Positions 8,243-19,878 of a stretch of DNA of 32,000 nt are shown piece by piece. The stretch comes from Pseudomonas aeruginosa (GTDB lineage Bacteria; Pseudomonadota; Gammaproteobacteria; Pseudomonadales; Pseudomonadaceae). The stretch is from the NCBI RefSeq assembly GCF_001457615.1, contig NZ_LN831024.1, positions 5,580,001 to 5,612,000 on the forward strand, in the 5' to 3' direction. The first letter of the stretch is position 1; each line of letters starts with the position of its first letter. The notes beneath the pieces are model-generated. The model was given only the letters and a program-made list of their open reading frames with translations, was not told the DNA's origin and did not search any database. Both the position numbers and the translations under genes were made by a program.

Positions 8243-8302
8243 GTCCGCGATTTTCCCTTCGAGCCACGCCACCCTCCCCCGCTCACCGCGGCGCCGACCC
8301 CG

Positions 8303-8334
8303 GAAATGAAAACGGGCCGCATGCGCAGCCCGTT
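8303..8334 (-). terminator. Rho-independent terminator of purA
   Basis: Minus strand: AACGGGC-(10 nt)-GCCCGTT followed by TTTCATTTCC, 24 nt after the purA stop. Confidence 0.65.
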
Positions 8335-8357
8335 CCGTCATCGCCCCGCTATCCGCC

Positions 8358-9701
<1,344 letters not shown>

Positions 9702-10886
9702 TCAGGACGCCAGCGGCGCCACCTGCCAATTGCCATCGCGCAGCGCCAGCTGCCGGTCGCAGCCCGCCTCGCGCGCAGAAGCCGCATCCTGCCCGGGCAG
9801 AGCCTGGACGACACGCTGCCCGTCGCGGCGCAGTCGTTGCACCGCCTGCCAGAGCCCGGCCCCTTCGGCCGGCGCCCAGATACCCGATACAGCCTGGTCC
9901 AACCGGGCCTGGCCGAGAGTGACCAGGCTTTTCAGATCGGTGGAGAAACCGGTGGCCGGGCGGGCGCGCCCGAAATCGGCACCGATATCATCATAGCGAC
10001 CGCCCTGGGCGATGGACTGGCCAACGCCGGGCACGAAGGCCGCAAACACCACGCCGGTGTGATAGTGATAGCCACGCAGCTCGCCGAGGTCGAAATACAG
10101 CGGCAAGCCGGGGAAGCGCCCGGCCAGCGAATCGGCGATCTCGATCAGCTCGTTCAGCGCCACCTGGACATCGGCCGGCGCCGCCGCCAGACGGGCACGG
10201 CCCTGCTCCAGCGCATCGCGGCCGCCACATAGCTCGGCCAGCGCACGCAACATGCCGCGCAGCTCGGCAGGCAGGTCTGCAGTCAGCGCCTCGACCTCGC
10301 CCACCGCCTTGCGCTGCAAGGCATCGAACAACTGCTGCTCGACTTCGCCGGACAGCCCTGCCGCGCGCGCCAGGCCGCGGTAGATACCGACATGGCCGAG
10401 GTCCATGTGCACGTCCGGCACTTCCGCCATCTCGAGCATTTCCAGCATCAGGCTGATCACCTCGACATCGCTGGCAGGGCTCGGATCGCCGTACAGCTCG
10501 GCGCCCAGCTGGATCGGACTACGCGAAGTGGACAGCGCGCGCGGCTGCGCATGCAGCACACTGCCGGCATAGCACAGGCGGCTCGGTCCCTCGCGGCGCA
10601 GGCTGTGCGCATCCATCCGCGCCACTTGCGGCGTAATGTCGGCACGGAAACCCATGAGCCGGCCGGACGCCGGGTCGGTCACCTTGAAGGTGCGCAGGTC
10701 AAGATCCTGTCCCGCGCCGGTGAGCAGCGACTCCAGGTATTCGATATGCGGGGTCACGACGAACTCGTAACCCCAGCGGTGGAACAGATCCAGCACCTGA
10801 CGGCGGGCTGCTTCGATGCGCGCCGCCTCCGGGGGCAGCACCTCTTCGATCCCATCTGGCAGCAGCCAGCGGTCTACCGTTGCCAT
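9702..10886 (-). CDS. hisZ: ATP phosphoribosyltransferase regulatory subunit HisZ (394 aa, HisRS paralogue)
   Basis: Class-II aaRS-like core ([15 protein letters not shown]..., [23 protein letters not shown]) with no anticodon-binding domain. Size and position next to purA match Pseudomonas hisZ. Confidence 0.88.
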   Translation of the reverse strand: MATVDRWLLPDGIEEVLPPEAARIEAARRQVLDLFHRWGYEFVVTPHIEYLESLLTGAGQDLDLRTFKVTDPASGRLMGFRADITPQVARMDAHSLRREGPSRLCYAGSVLHAQPRALSTSRSPIQLGAELYGDPSPASDVEVISLMLEMLEMAEVPDVHMDLGHVGIYRGLARAAGLSGEVEQQLFDALQRKAVGEVEALTADLPAELRGMLRALAELCGGRDALEQGRARLAAAPADVQVALNELIEIADSLAGRFPGLPLYFDLGELRGYHYHTGVVFAAFVPGVGQSIAQGGRYDDIGADFGRARPATGFSTDLKSLVTLGQARLDQAVSGIWAPAEGAGLWQAVQRLRRDGQRVVQALPGQDAASAREAGCDRQLALRDGNWQVAPLAS

Positions 10887-10920
10887 TTCGCCTCTCCCCT
10901 TTCAGCCGGGCGGCACATCA

Positions 10921-11106
10921 TCAGTGAATCCAGTAAAGAAGCAGGGTGCCGAGCAGCATGCTGCCCAGCCCCACGAGACGCAGGTGACGGTCGCTCAGCC
11001 GGCCGATGCCGGTGACCGCCTCGCGCCATTGTCGCGGACACAGGAACGGCAGGATGCCTTCCAGCACCAGCACGAGACAAAAAGCGATGCCGAATTCCTG
11101 CCACAT
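10921..11106 (-). CDS. Small membrane protein, DUF2065/YjeT-like (61 aa)
   Basis: MWQEFGIAFCLVLVLEGILPFLCPRQWREAV...LVGLGSMLLGTLLLYWIH has two hydrophobic helices and sits in the same post-hflC position as E. coli yjeT. The track start (11154) would translate through the hflC terminator hairpin, so I prefer the ATG at 11106. Confidence 0.7.
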   Translation of the reverse strand: MWQEFGIAFCLVLVLEGILPFLCPRQWREAVTGIGRLSDRHLRLVGLGSMLLGTLLLYWIH

Positions 11107-11120
11107 GATTCTCGCGGACG

Positions 11121-11144
11121 CAAAAAAGCCGGGATTTCCCGGCT
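11121..11144 (-). terminator. Rho-independent terminator after hflC
   Basis: Minus strand: AGCCGGGA-AA-TCCCGGCT followed by TTTTTTGCG. Confidence 0.75.
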
Positions 11145-11163
11145 GGCTCATCATAACACGATT

Positions 11164-11193
11164 TCTCCGGCGGGCGCTGCCGCCCGCCGGAGA
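11164..11193 (-). terminator. 12-bp perfect GC-rich hairpin directly after the hflC stop
   Basis: TCTCCGGCGGGC-(6 nt)-GCCCGCCGGAGA, with no U-tract. It is the first of two tandem hairpins closing the hfq-hflXKC operon. Confidence 0.5.
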
Positions 11194-11201
11194 ACCGAGT
11201 A

Positions 11202-12071
11202 TTACTTGTTGGCCTTGTTCAGATAGCGGAAGAACTCGCTGCTCGGATCGAGCACCAGTACGTCGCGCTTCTCGGCGAAGCTTTCGCGATACGCCTTCAG
11301 GCTACGGTAGAAGGAATAGAACTCCGGATCCTGGTTGTAGGCCTTGGCATAGATCGCGGCAGCCTTGGAGTCGCCGTCACCGCGGGTCTCTTCCGACTCG
11401 CGGTAGGCTTCGGCAACGATTACCCGGCGCTGGCGATCGGCGTCGGCACGAATGCCTTCGGCCAGTTCGCGACCCTTGGCGCGGTGCTCGCGGGCCTCGC
11501 GCTCACGCTCGGTGCTCATCCGCTCGAAGACGCTGCGGTTGACTTCCTTCGGCAGGTCGATGGCCTTGACCCGCACGTCGATCACCTCGATACCCAGTTC
11601 CTTCTGCGCCATGCGGTTCAGCGAAGCGGTGATGTCGCCCATCAGCGCGTCGCGCTCGCCCGATACCACTTCATGCAGGGTACGCTTGCCGAACTGGTCG
11701 CGCAGACCCGCTTCGAGACGCCGCGACAGGCGTTCGTCGGCGATCTGCTTGAGGCCCGAGGTAGCGGTGTAGAAGCGCTCGGCATCCGCCACCCGCCACT
11801 TGGCATAGGCATCCACCATCACCGCTTTCTTTTCCAGGGTCAGGAAGCGCTGGGTCGGGGCATCCAGGGTCAGCAGGCGAGCGTCGAACTTGCGCACCTG
11901 GTTGACGTACGGGATCTTGAAGTGCAGGCCCGGCTTGACGTCGGACTCGACCACCCGGCCGAAGCGCAACATGACCGCGCGCTCGGTCTGCTGGACTACG
12001 TAGACGCTGTTCCACAGGACGATGGCGGCGACGACACCGACGATCAGAGCGATCAAAGACTTGTTGCCCAT
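11202..12071 (-). CDS. hflC: FtsH modulator HflC, SPFH/band-7 protein (289 aa)
   Basis: N-terminal TM segment followed by an SPFH domain. The start shares one base with the hflK stop (TGATG at 12069-12073). Confidence 0.93.
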   Translation of the reverse strand: MGNKSLIALIVGVVAAIVLWNSVYVVQQTERAVMLRFGRVVESDVKPGLHFKIPYVNQVRKFDARLLTLDAPTQRFLTLEKKAVMVDAYAKWRVADAERFYTATSGLKQIADERLSRRLEAGLRDQFGKRTLHEVVSGERDALMGDITASLNRMAQKELGIEVIDVRVKAIDLPKEVNRSVFERMSTEREREAREHRAKGRELAEGIRADADRQRRVIVAEAYRESEETRGDGDSKAAAIYAKAYNQDPEFYSFYRSLKAYRESFAEKRDVLVLDPSSEFFRYLNKANK

Positions 12072-13273
12072 CAGCGGCTCTCCCTCGTACGCGCGTCTTG
12101 CTGGCGCAGATCGTTGACGATCCGCGACCCCAGGTCGGAAGCGCTGGCGCTGCCACCACCGGCGGAAGCACCGGCCCCCGTAGCGGGCGCGGCGTTACGA
12201 CCATCGATCATCTTGTCCAGCGGCAGGTAGAGCAGGTTGTTCTGCCCCTGCTGACCGGTCACCAGCACCTTGCTGGTCTGGCTGAAGACTTCCTGCATGG
12301 TGTCCAGGTACAGACGCTCGCGCGTCACTTCCGGAGCCTTGCGATATTCCACCAGCAGCTTGGAGAAGCGATCCGCCTCGCCCTGGGCGCGCGAAATCAC
12401 CTCGTCGCGGTAACCGTTGGCTTCTTCGATGATGCGCTGGGCCTGGCCACGTGCCTCCGGCACCACGCCGTTGGCATAGGCTTCGGCCTGGTTCTTCTCG
12501 CGCTGCTCGTCCTCGCGGGCCCGGATCACGTCGTCGAACGCTTCCTGCACCTCACGCGGTACCTGGGCGCTCTGGATGTTCACCTGGGTCACGGTGATAC
12601 CGGTCCTGTAGGTATCCAGGAAGCGTTGCAGGCGCTCGCGCACCTCGGTCGCCATCTGCTCGCGGCCTTCGGTGAGGATCCGGTCCATGGTGGTGGAGCC
12701 GGCGACATGCCGCAGCGCGCTCTCGGTCGCCTGCTGCAGGCTGACCTCGGGCTGGTCGACGTTGAGCACGAAGTCCTGCAGGTTGCTGATCTTGTACTGC
12801 ACGGTCAGCGGCACTTCGACGATGTTCTCGTCCTCGGTGAGCATCTGCCCCTGCTTGCTGTACGCACGCTCGCGGGTGACGTTCTCCTGGAAGCGCTTGT
12901 CGATCGGCGGGAAGTAGAAGTTCAGGCCGGGACCGACCGTCTCGTAATACTTGCCGAAGCGCAGGATGACCGCCTGCTCCTGCTCGTCCACCACATAGAT
13001 GGCGTTGTACAGCCAGAGCACGGCGAGGATCGCCAGGCCGATGCCGAACAGGCCCAGGCCACCGCCCTTGCCGCCGGAACCGGAGCCGGAACCGTTGCCA
13101 CTGCGTTTTTTTCCACCGAACAGCCCGTTCAGGCTGTCCTGAAGCTTGCGGAAAGCCTCATCCAGGTCGGGCGGCCCCTTGCGGTCACCACCGCCGCCAC
13201 CACCACCGCGGCGGCCTCCCCACGGGTCTCGATCGTTGTTGTTCGAGTTGTCACCCGGCTCGTTCCAAGCCAT
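12071..13273 (-). CDS. hflK: FtsH modulator HflK, SPFH/band-7 protein (400 aa)
   Basis: MAWNEPGDNSNNNDRDPWGG..., a Gly-rich N-terminus, one TM segment and an SPFH domain. The start is at the ATG after the GGAGAG Shine-Dalgarno; the track ORF starts 4 codons earlier. Confidence 0.92.
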   Translation of the reverse strand: MAWNEPGDNSNNNDRDPWGGRRGGGGGGGDRKGPPDLDEAFRKLQDSLNGLFGGKKRSGNGSGSGSGGKGGGLGLFGIGLAILAVLWLYNAIYVVDEQEQAVILRFGKYYETVGPGLNFYFPPIDKRFQENVTRERAYSKQGQMLTEDENIVEVPLTVQYKISNLQDFVLNVDQPEVSLQQATESALRHVAGSTTMDRILTEGREQMATEVRERLQRFLDTYRTGITVTQVNIQSAQVPREVQEAFDDVIRAREDEQREKNQAEAYANGVVPEARGQAQRIIEEANGYRDEVISRAQGEADRFSKLLVEYRKAPEVTRERLYLDTMQEVFSQTSKVLVTGQQGQNNLLYLPLDKMIDGRNAAPATGAGASAGGGSASASDLGSRIVNDLRQQDARTRESR

Positions 13274-13367
13274 AGCGCTCTCCATCTAGTAACGCGAAAC
13301 GCGCCTGCGGCGCGGCCACCCATGCTACCGAATGCCCTGCCCGCTGCCAAAAGCAGCGATACGGGCT

Positions 13368-14669
13368 TTATTGCAAAGTGTGTTGCGCAACGAACTCCGC
13401 CGGCTGCCAGCCAGCGCGGCTCGCCAGGCGGTTCAACTCGGCCCGCGGCAGGCGCACCTGCAGCAGGGTACAACCCTCCTCATCGTGCGCCTCGGACTGC
13501 ACCGCGCCCAGTTCGAACAACTGGGCGCGCAGGCGCCCGAGCCGCTGGGGCAGACGCAAGGTTCCGACGAACAGGTCCTCGCCAAGCAGCTCGGCGATGG
13601 CCTGGCGCAACAGGTCGAGGCCTTCGCCGGTCTGCGCCGACAGCCAGACGCGCACCGGCTTGCCGGAGTCGTCGCGCTGGATGTGCGGCTCGACCGAGGG
13701 TAGCAGGTCAACCTTGTTATAGACCTCGAGCATCGGCAATTCGTTGGCGCCGATCTCGCCGAGCACCGCCAGCACCTGCTCGACCTGCGCATCCCGTTCG
13801 GGCTCGTAGGCGTCGATCACGTGCAGCAGGAGGTCGGCGTTGCTCGACTCTTCCAGCGTAGCGCGGAAGGCCTCCACCAACTTGTGCGGCAGGTGGCGGA
13901 TGAAGCCCACCGTGTCGGCCAGCACCACCGGCCCGAGATCGTCCAGTTGCAGGCGACGCAGGGTGGGGTCGAGGGTGGCGAACAACTGGTTGGCGGCATA
14001 CACCTCGGAGGCGGTGAGCGCATTGAACAGGGTCGATTTGCCGGCGTTGGTATAGCCGACCAGGGAGACCGCCGGGATATCCGCGCGCTTGCGCCCGCGT
14101 CGAGCCTGCTCGCGCTGGCTGCGGACCTTCTCCAGGCGCTGCTTGATCTGGCGGATGCGCACGCGCAGCAGGCGTCGGTCGGTTTCCAGCTGGGTCTCGC
14201 CCGGACCGCGCAGACCGATACCGCCTTTCTGCCGTTCGAGGTGGGTCCAGCCGCGTACCAGCCGCGTACTCATGTGCTCCAGTTGCGCCAGTTCCACCTG
14301 CAACTTGCCTTCGTGGGTACGTGCGCGCTGGGCGAAGATGTCGAGGATCAGCCCGGTCCGGTCGAGTACGCGGCACTCGAACGCACGCTCGAGGTTGCGC
14401 TCCTGGCTGGGCGTCAAGGTGTGGTTGAAAATCACCAGCTCGACGTTTTCGGCCTTGACCAGGTCGTGCAACTCCTCGACCTTGCCACTGCCGATAAGAT
14501 ATTTGGCGCTCGGCTGGTGGCGGGAGACGCTGACGAATGCCACCGTTTCCGCGCCGGCCGAACGCACCAGCTCCTGGAACTCCTGCGGGTCTTCACGCGC
14601 CTCGGGGTTCTGCCCTTCCAGATGCACCAGAACAGCCTGTTCCCCACCACCTGGGCGCTCAAAGAACAA
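13368..14669 (-). CDS. hflX: Ribosome-associated GTPase HflX (433 aa)
   Basis: G1 GYTNAGKST, G3 DTVGF, G4 NKVD, plus the HflX N-terminal domain. Confidence 0.95.
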   Translation of the reverse strand: MFFERPGGGEQAVLVHLEGQNPEAREDPQEFQELVRSAGAETVAFVSVSRHQPSAKYLIGSGKVEELHDLVKAENVELVIFNHTLTPSQERNLERAFECRVLDRTGLILDIFAQRARTHEGKLQVELAQLEHMSTRLVRGWTHLERQKGGIGLRGPGETQLETDRRLLRVRIRQIKQRLEKVRSQREQARRGRKRADIPAVSLVGYTNAGKSTLFNALTASEVYAANQLFATLDPTLRRLQLDDLGPVVLADTVGFIRHLPHKLVEAFRATLEESSNADLLLHVIDAYEPERDAQVEQVLAVLGEIGANELPMLEVYNKVDLLPSVEPHIQRDDSGKPVRVWLSAQTGEGLDLLRQAIAELLGEDLFVGTLRLPQRLGRLRAQLFELGAVQSEAHDEEGCTLLQVRLPRAELNRLASRAGWQPAEFVAQHTLQ

Positions 14670-14681
14670 AGCGGACTCCCG

Positions 14682-15035
<354 letters not shown>

Positions 15036-16007
15036 TCAGGCCAATATGGAGACCGTTTTCAGGTATTTCAAGGCACGCGGCAGATTGTCACCTGCTAGGC
15101 TGTCCATCCAGTGTAGATGGCTCCAGCTTCGCAGCCAGGTGAACTGGCGCTTGGCCAACTGGCGGGTAGCGATGATGCCGCGCTCGGTCATTTCAGCGTA
15201 GGACAGCTTGCCATCCAGGTAATCCCACACCTGACGGTAACCCACGGCTCTAATAGACGGTAATCCTGCATGCAAGTCACTTCTGGCATGCAGTGCTTCG
15301 ACCTCGGCGATGAAACCCTGTTCCAGCATCTGGCGAAAACGCTGCGCAATCCGCGCGTGCAACACCTGGCGCTGCTCGGGAGCAATCGCCAGCTGAGCGA
15401 CAGTATACGGCAATTGATTCCTGCCTGACGCGTCAAAATCCGCCTTTTCAGCGCTTTGCCGGCGACGCAGGTCGCTCATCGACACCCCGCCGAGGCGATA
15501 CACCTCGAGCGCCCGCATCAGTCGCTGCGGGTCGTTGGGGTGGATACGCGCAGCCGATTCCGGGTCGACCTCGGCGAGTTGCCGGTGCAGCGCCTCCCAA
15601 CCTTCGGCCTGGGCCTCGGCCTCGATCGCCGCGCGCACCTCGGGATCGGCGCCGGGCATGTCGGCCAGGCCCTCGAGCAACGCCTTGTAATAGAGCATGG
15701 TGCCCCCCACCAGCAGGGGAATCCTGCCGCGCGCGGTGGCCTCGGCCATCGCCGCCAGGGCGTCGGCGCGAAACTCCGCGGCCGAATAGCTCTCCGCCGG
15801 GTCGCGGATATCGATCAGGCGGTGCGGATAGCGCGCCAGCAGCTCCCGGGAAGGCTTGGCCGTACCGATATCCATGCCGCGGTAGATCAGCGCCGAGTCG
15901 ACGCTGATCAGCTCGCAGGGCAGCGCATCGGCCAGCGCCATCGCCAGGTCGGTCTTGCCGGCGGCGGTCGGCCCCATGAGAAAGATGGCGGGAGGCAGGG
16001 AAGACAT
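15036..16007 (-). CDS. miaA: tRNA dimethylallyltransferase MiaA (323 aa)
   Basis: [22 protein letters not shown] contains the P-loop. I used the ATG at 16007 rather than the track start at 16061. Confidence 0.94.
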   Translation of the reverse strand: MSSLPPAIFLMGPTAAGKTDLAMALADALPCELISVDSALIYRGMDIGTAKPSRELLARYPHRLIDIRDPAESYSAAEFRADALAAMAEATARGRIPLLVGGTMLYYKALLEGLADMPGADPEVRAAIEAEAQAEGWEALHRQLAEVDPESAARIHPNDPQRLMRALEVYRLGGVSMSDLRRRQSAEKADFDASGRNQLPYTVAQLAIAPEQRQVLHARIAQRFRQMLEQGFIAEVEALHARSDLHAGLPSIRAVGYRQVWDYLDGKLSYAEMTERGIIATRQLAKRQFTWLRSWSHLHWMDSLAGDNLPRALKYLKTVSILA

Positions 16008-16032
16008 CGGAACGCTCTTGGACAAAGCGCAT

Positions 16033-16057
16033 AGCTTCGGGCTTTGCGCCCGAAGCT
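16033..16057 (-). promoter_or_regulatory. 10-bp perfect stem-loop between mutL and miaA (possible attenuator or RNA-stability element)
   Basis: AGCTTCGGGC-(5 nt)-GCCCGAAGCT in the 57-nt mutL-miaA spacer. Only a weak T-rich tail (GCGCTTTGTCC) follows on the minus strand. Confidence 0.45.
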
Positions 16058-16064
16058 GCAAGGC

Positions 16065-17966
16065 TCAGCGTCCGCGCAGGAAGAGCTTGTCCAGCTCGTC
16101 CAGGCCCAGTTGGGTCCAGGTCGGACGCCCATGGTTGCACTGGCCGCTACGCTCGGTGATTTCCATGTCGCGCAACAGGGCGTTCATTTCCGGCAGGGTC
16201 AGGCGCCGGTTGGCGCGCACCGCACCATGGCAGGCCATGGTGCCGAGCAACTCGTTCAGGTGCGCCTGGATACGGTCGCTGGTGCCGTATTCCAGCAGGT
16301 CGGCGATGACATCGCGCACCAACTGGGTCGCCTCAGCCTGCTTGAGCAGCGCAGGGATCTGCCGGATCGCCAGGCTTTCCGGCCCCAGGCGCTGCAGCTC
16401 GAAGCCCAGGCGCTGGAACCAGCTGGAATGCTCTTCCGCGCAATCCGCCTCGCGCTCGCTGACCGCGATCGACTCCGGCACCAGCAACGGCTGCCCACGC
16501 AAGCCTTCGCTGGCCATCGCCACCTTGAGGCGCTCGTAGGTGATCCGCTCGTGGGCCGCGTGCATGTCCACCAGCACCAGGCCGTGGGCGTTCTCGGCGA
16601 GAATGTAGATGCCCTTGAGCTGCGCCAGGGCGTAACCCAGCGGCGGGATGTCCTGGGCGCTCTCGGGCAACGCGGCTGGCGCCTCGCTCGCGGGTAACGG
16701 CGCGAAGTAGGCCTTGTAGGCGCCACCGGCCTCGGCCAGAGAGGGCGGCGCCTCCGGCCGGGTATAGGCGGAATAGCCGGAGGAGCCGCCGGAGGCCGAT
16801 GAGCCGCCACTCCAGCCCACCCGTGCCGCCGGACTCTCCAGCACGCTCTCGGCCAGGCGCATCTCGCCCTGCGGGCCGAACTCGCCGGCGGCAGCGCCGG
16901 TCGGACGCGGCTCGGTCAGGCTGGTCGCCCCGGGCGGCGCGAGCTGGTCGTCGGGACGGACCTCGCCCAGCGCACGATGCAAGGTGCCATAGAGGAAGTC
17001 ATGGACCATCCGGCTGTCACGGAAGCGAACTTCGTGCTTGGTCGGGTGCACGTTGACGTCCACCACCGCCGGATCGACTTCGAAGAACAGCACGAAGGTC
17101 GGATGCCGGCCGTTGTACAGCACGTCGCGATAAGCCTGGCGCACCGCGTGGGCGACCAGCTTGTCGCGCACCATGCGCCCGTTCACATAGAAGTACTGCA
17201 GGTCCGGCTGGCTGCGGGAGAAGGTCGGCAAGCCGACCCAACCCCACAGGTGCAGGCCGTTGCGCTCGACCTCGATCGGCAGCGCCTGCTCGAGGAATGC
17301 CTGGCCGCACACCGCGCCGACCCGGCGCGCGCGGGCCAGCTCGTCTCGCGCCTCGTGCAGGGCGAAGATGGTCTTGCCGTTGTGGCGCAGGTGGAAAGCC
17401 ACGTCGAAACGGGCCAGCGCCAGGCGCTTGATGACTTCCTGCAGATGGTCGAACTCGGTCTTCTCGGCGCGCAGGAACTTGCGCCGCGCCGGGGTGTTGA
17501 AGAACAGGTCGCGAACCTCGACGCTGGTCCCCACCGGGTGCGCCGCCGGCTGTACCCGCGGCTGCATGTCACGGCCCTCGGTTTCCACCTGCCAGGCTTC
17601 GCCGGCGTCGGCGGTACGCGAGGTCATGGTCAGGCGCGCTACCGAACTGATCGAGGCCAGCGCCTCGCCACGGAAGCCGAGGCTCATCACCCGCTCCAGG
17701 TCTTCCAGCTCGCGGATCTTGCTGGTGGCGTGGCGAGCCAGGGCCAGCGGCAGGTCGTCGGCGGGGATGCCGCGACCGTCGTCGCGCACTCGCAGCAACT
17801 TGATGCCGCCCTGCTCGACCTCCACATCAATGCGCCGGGAACCGGCGTCAAGGCTGTTTTCCAGGAGTTCCTTGGCCACCGAGGCGGGACGCTCGACCAC
17901 CTCACCGGCGGCGATCTGGTTCGCCAGCCGCGGACTCAGCAGCTGGATACGCGGTGCTTCACTCAT
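16065..17966 (-). CDS. mutL: DNA mismatch repair protein MutL, endonuclease-type (633 aa)
   Basis: GHKL ATPase motifs ([10 protein letters not shown]). The C-terminal endonuclease motif [12 protein letters not shown] fits D[QM]HA-x2-E-x4-E. A P/G/S/A-rich linker joins the two domains. The ATG at 17966 shares its A with the amiB TGA; the first track codon is GTG. Confidence 0.95.
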   Translation of the reverse strand: MSEAPRIQLLSPRLANQIAAGEVVERPASVAKELLENSLDAGSRRIDVEVEQGGIKLLRVRDDGRGIPADDLPLALARHATSKIRELEDLERVMSLGFRGEALASISSVARLTMTSRTADAGEAWQVETEGRDMQPRVQPAAHPVGTSVEVRDLFFNTPARRKFLRAEKTEFDHLQEVIKRLALARFDVAFHLRHNGKTIFALHEARDELARARRVGAVCGQAFLEQALPIEVERNGLHLWGWVGLPTFSRSQPDLQYFYVNGRMVRDKLVAHAVRQAYRDVLYNGRHPTFVLFFEVDPAVVDVNVHPTKHEVRFRDSRMVHDFLYGTLHRALGEVRPDDQLAPPGATSLTEPRPTGAAAGEFGPQGEMRLAESVLESPAARVGWSGGSSASGGSSGYSAYTRPEAPPSLAEAGGAYKAYFAPLPASEAPAALPESAQDIPPLGYALAQLKGIYILAENAHGLVLVDMHAAHERITYERLKVAMASEGLRGQPLLVPESIAVSEREADCAEEHSSWFQRLGFELQRLGPESLAIRQIPALLKQAEATQLVRDVIADLLEYGTSDRIQAHLNELLGTMACHGAVRANRRLTLPEMNALLRDMEITERSGQCNHGRPTWTQLGLDELDKLFLRGR

Positions 17967-19405
17967 CACTGGGCCGCCAGGGCGGTGCTCGGGATGGACA
18001 GTGCCTGGCCGACTTTCAGGTTGTCGCTGGACAGGCTGTTGCTGCTACGCAGCGCGGCCATGCTCACTTCATAGCGCTGGGCGATCATCGCCAGGGTCTC
18101 TCCGGGCCGCACCACGTGCTCGCGCGGCCCCATGGAGAGCTTGCCCTGGGCGCGCAAAGAGGCGATGTAGGTACCGGGCGGCGGGCTCTGCTGGAAATAC
18201 TGGCGGATGCCGCTGGTGATCGAACGCGCCAAGGCCTGCTGATGGCTGGCGCTGGCCAGCTTGCGCGACTCGTTGACGTTCGAGATGAAGCCGGTTTCCA
18301 CCAGGATCGACGGGATGTCGGGCGACTTCAGCACCATGAACCCGGCCTGCTCGACACGACGCTTGTGCAGCGAAGTGATGCGGCCGACATTGGTCAGTAC
18401 CTTGTGGCCGACATCCAGGCTCGACGAGAGGGTGGCGGTCATCGACAGGTCGAGCAGCACGCCGGCGAGCATCTGGTCCTTGTCGCCGAGGCTGACGCTG
18501 CCATCGCCGCCGATCAGGTCGGAACGGTTCTCGCTGTCGGCCAGCCAGCGCGCGGTTTCCGAAGTGGCGCCGCGGTCGGACAGGGCGAACACCGAGGCAC
18601 CGAAGGCGCTGCGGCTCGGCGCGGCGTCGGCATGGATCGAGACGAACAGGTCGGCGCCCTTCTTGCGGGCGATCTCGGTGCGCTTGCGCAGCGGGATGAA
18701 ATAGTCGCCGGTACGGGTCAGCTCGGCCCGGTAACCGCGCACCTGGTTGATCTGGCGTTGCAGCTCGCGAGCGATCGACAGGGTGATGTTCTTCTCGTGC
18801 AACCCGCCCGGGCCAAGGGCACCAGGGTCTTCACCGCCGTGGCCGGCGTCGATGGCGATGACGATATCGCGGGTGCCGCCCTTGGTTGGCAGCGGCAGCT
18901 TGGCCACCGGCTGGGTCGGCGTCACCGGGGTGACCGGCACGCTCGGGGTCGGCGTCGCGGGCACATCCGGGGTCAGGTCGGCGCCCTGGTCGTAGAGATC
19001 GACCACCAGGCGGTTGCCGTATTGCTGGTTGGGCGGCAGGACGAAACTTTTCGGGGTGACCTGCGCCGACAGGTCGAGGACCATGCGCAGGTCGTTGGGC
19101 GTGCGCTGGGCGGAGCGCACCGCGGTGATCGGGGTGTTGCCGAGCTTGAGACCGTTGAGCTGGGTCGCCAGCTGGGCGCCGCTGACGTCGATGACGATAC
19201 GGTTGGGCGCGGCCAGGGTGAACAGGCTGTGCTGCACCGGACCGGAGAGATCGAAGACCAGACGGGTGTTGTCCGGAGCGCGCCAGATCCGCACGCTCTT
19301 GATTTGCGCGGCGGCCAGAACCTCGCCGACCTGGCAGGCCAGCAGAATCATCACCCCAGTCAACAACGTCCGCAGACGCAAGCCCCAACCCATCGTTTTT
19401 CTCAT
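17966..19405 (-). CDS. amiB: N-acetylmuramoyl-L-alanine amidase AmiB (AMIN + amidase_3 + LysM; 479 aa, or 475 aa from the ATG at 19393)
   Basis: Signal peptide ([23 protein letters not shown]), amidase_3 motif [14 protein letters not shown] and a C-terminal LysM ([29 protein letters not shown]). The ATG at 19405 overlaps the tsaE stop (ATGA). The 526-aa track ORF is over-extended. Confidence 0.9.
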   Translation of the reverse strand: MRKTMGWGLRLRTLLTGVMILLACQVGEVLAAAQIKSVRIWRAPDNTRLVFDLSGPVQHSLFTLAAPNRIVIDVSGAQLATQLNGLKLGNTPITAVRSAQRTPNDLRMVLDLSAQVTPKSFVLPPNQQYGNRLVVDLYDQGADLTPDVPATPTPSVPVTPVTPTQPVAKLPLPTKGGTRDIVIAIDAGHGGEDPGALGPGGLHEKNITLSIARELQRQINQVRGYRAELTRTGDYFIPLRKRTEIARKKGADLFVSIHADAAPSRSAFGASVFALSDRGATSETARWLADSENRSDLIGGDGSVSLGDKDQMLAGVLLDLSMTATLSSSLDVGHKVLTNVGRITSLHKRRVEQAGFMVLKSPDIPSILVETGFISNVNESRKLASASHQQALARSITSGIRQYFQQSPPPGTYIASLRAQGKLSMGPREHVVRPGETLAMIAQRYEVSMAALRSSNSLSSDNLKVGQALSIPSTALAAQ

Positions 19406-19878
19406 GCTCCCATGGTCAGGGTGGCACACCAGGCTTCGCCCCGCGCACCGTGCGGTACCAGGCGCAGTGTCCGTCCACCCGCTTGGGCAGTAATGGTAAT
19501 GTCCAGATCGGCGGTTGGCAAAACGCCCGCACCGCGCTCGGGCCACTCGATCAGACAGAGTGCGCTGCCGTCGAAATAGTCGCGGATGCCGAAGAACTCC
19601 AATTCCTCCGCATCGGCGAGCCGGTACAGGTCGAAATGGTAGGCGCGCAGCTCGCCGATTTCGTAAGGCTCGATCAGGGTAAAGGTCGGGCTTTTCACCG
19701 AGCCGGCATGGCCGAGGCCGCGCAGGATGCCACGCGAGAGGGTGGTCTTGCCGGCGCCGAGGTCGCCATGCAGGTAGATCACCCCCTGCCCCCCGCTGGC
19801 CCGGGCGATGCGCCCGCCCAGTTCGAGCATCGCGTCTTCCCCTTCGGCGGACAGGATCACTTCAGACACGGACTGCAC
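19402..19878 (-). CDS. tsaE: tRNA t6A37 biosynthesis ATPase TsaE/YjeE (about 158 aa)
   Basis: [14 protein letters not shown]-loop and YHFDLYRL motif; the N-terminus aligns with E. coli YjeE. The start is uncertain: in-frame GTGs at 19878, 19869 and 19860 (the last forms GTGA with the nnr stop) and an ATG at 19830. Confidence 0.85.
   Translation of the reverse strand: MQSVSEVILSAEGEDAMLELGGRIARASGGQGVIYLHGDLGAGKTTLSRGILRGLGHAGSVKSPTFTLIEPYEIGELRAYHFDLYRLADAEELEFFGIRDYFDGSALCLIEWPERGAGVLPTADLDITITAQAGGRTLRLVPHGARGEAWCATLTMGA

Noticed and set aside
7809-8267. 152-aa minus-strand ORF with an internal repeat (GAQEKTRTSTVLPPLGPEPSASTNSATWA, twice).
   Set aside because: The repeat is simply the reverse-complement translation of the two identical tRNA-Leu genes. 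It is not a coding repeat, a CRISPR array or a mobile element.
13040-13110. Gly/Ser-coding hexamer reiteration (CCGGAACCGGAGCCGGAACCG) in the hflK N-terminal low-complexity region, and a similar GGAGGAGCCGCC reiteration in the mutL linker (about 16775-16812).
   Set aside because: These are very short imperfect repeats that encode flexible linkers. They could vary in length between strains, but nothing in this single sequence suggests phase variation or frameshifting.
19300-19405. Possible lipobox (ILLAC) in the AmiB signal peptide.
   Set aside because: Leu at the -2 position is atypical for a lipobox. A conventional signal-peptidase-I site (VLAAA-Q) follows a few residues later. It cannot be decided from sequence alone.
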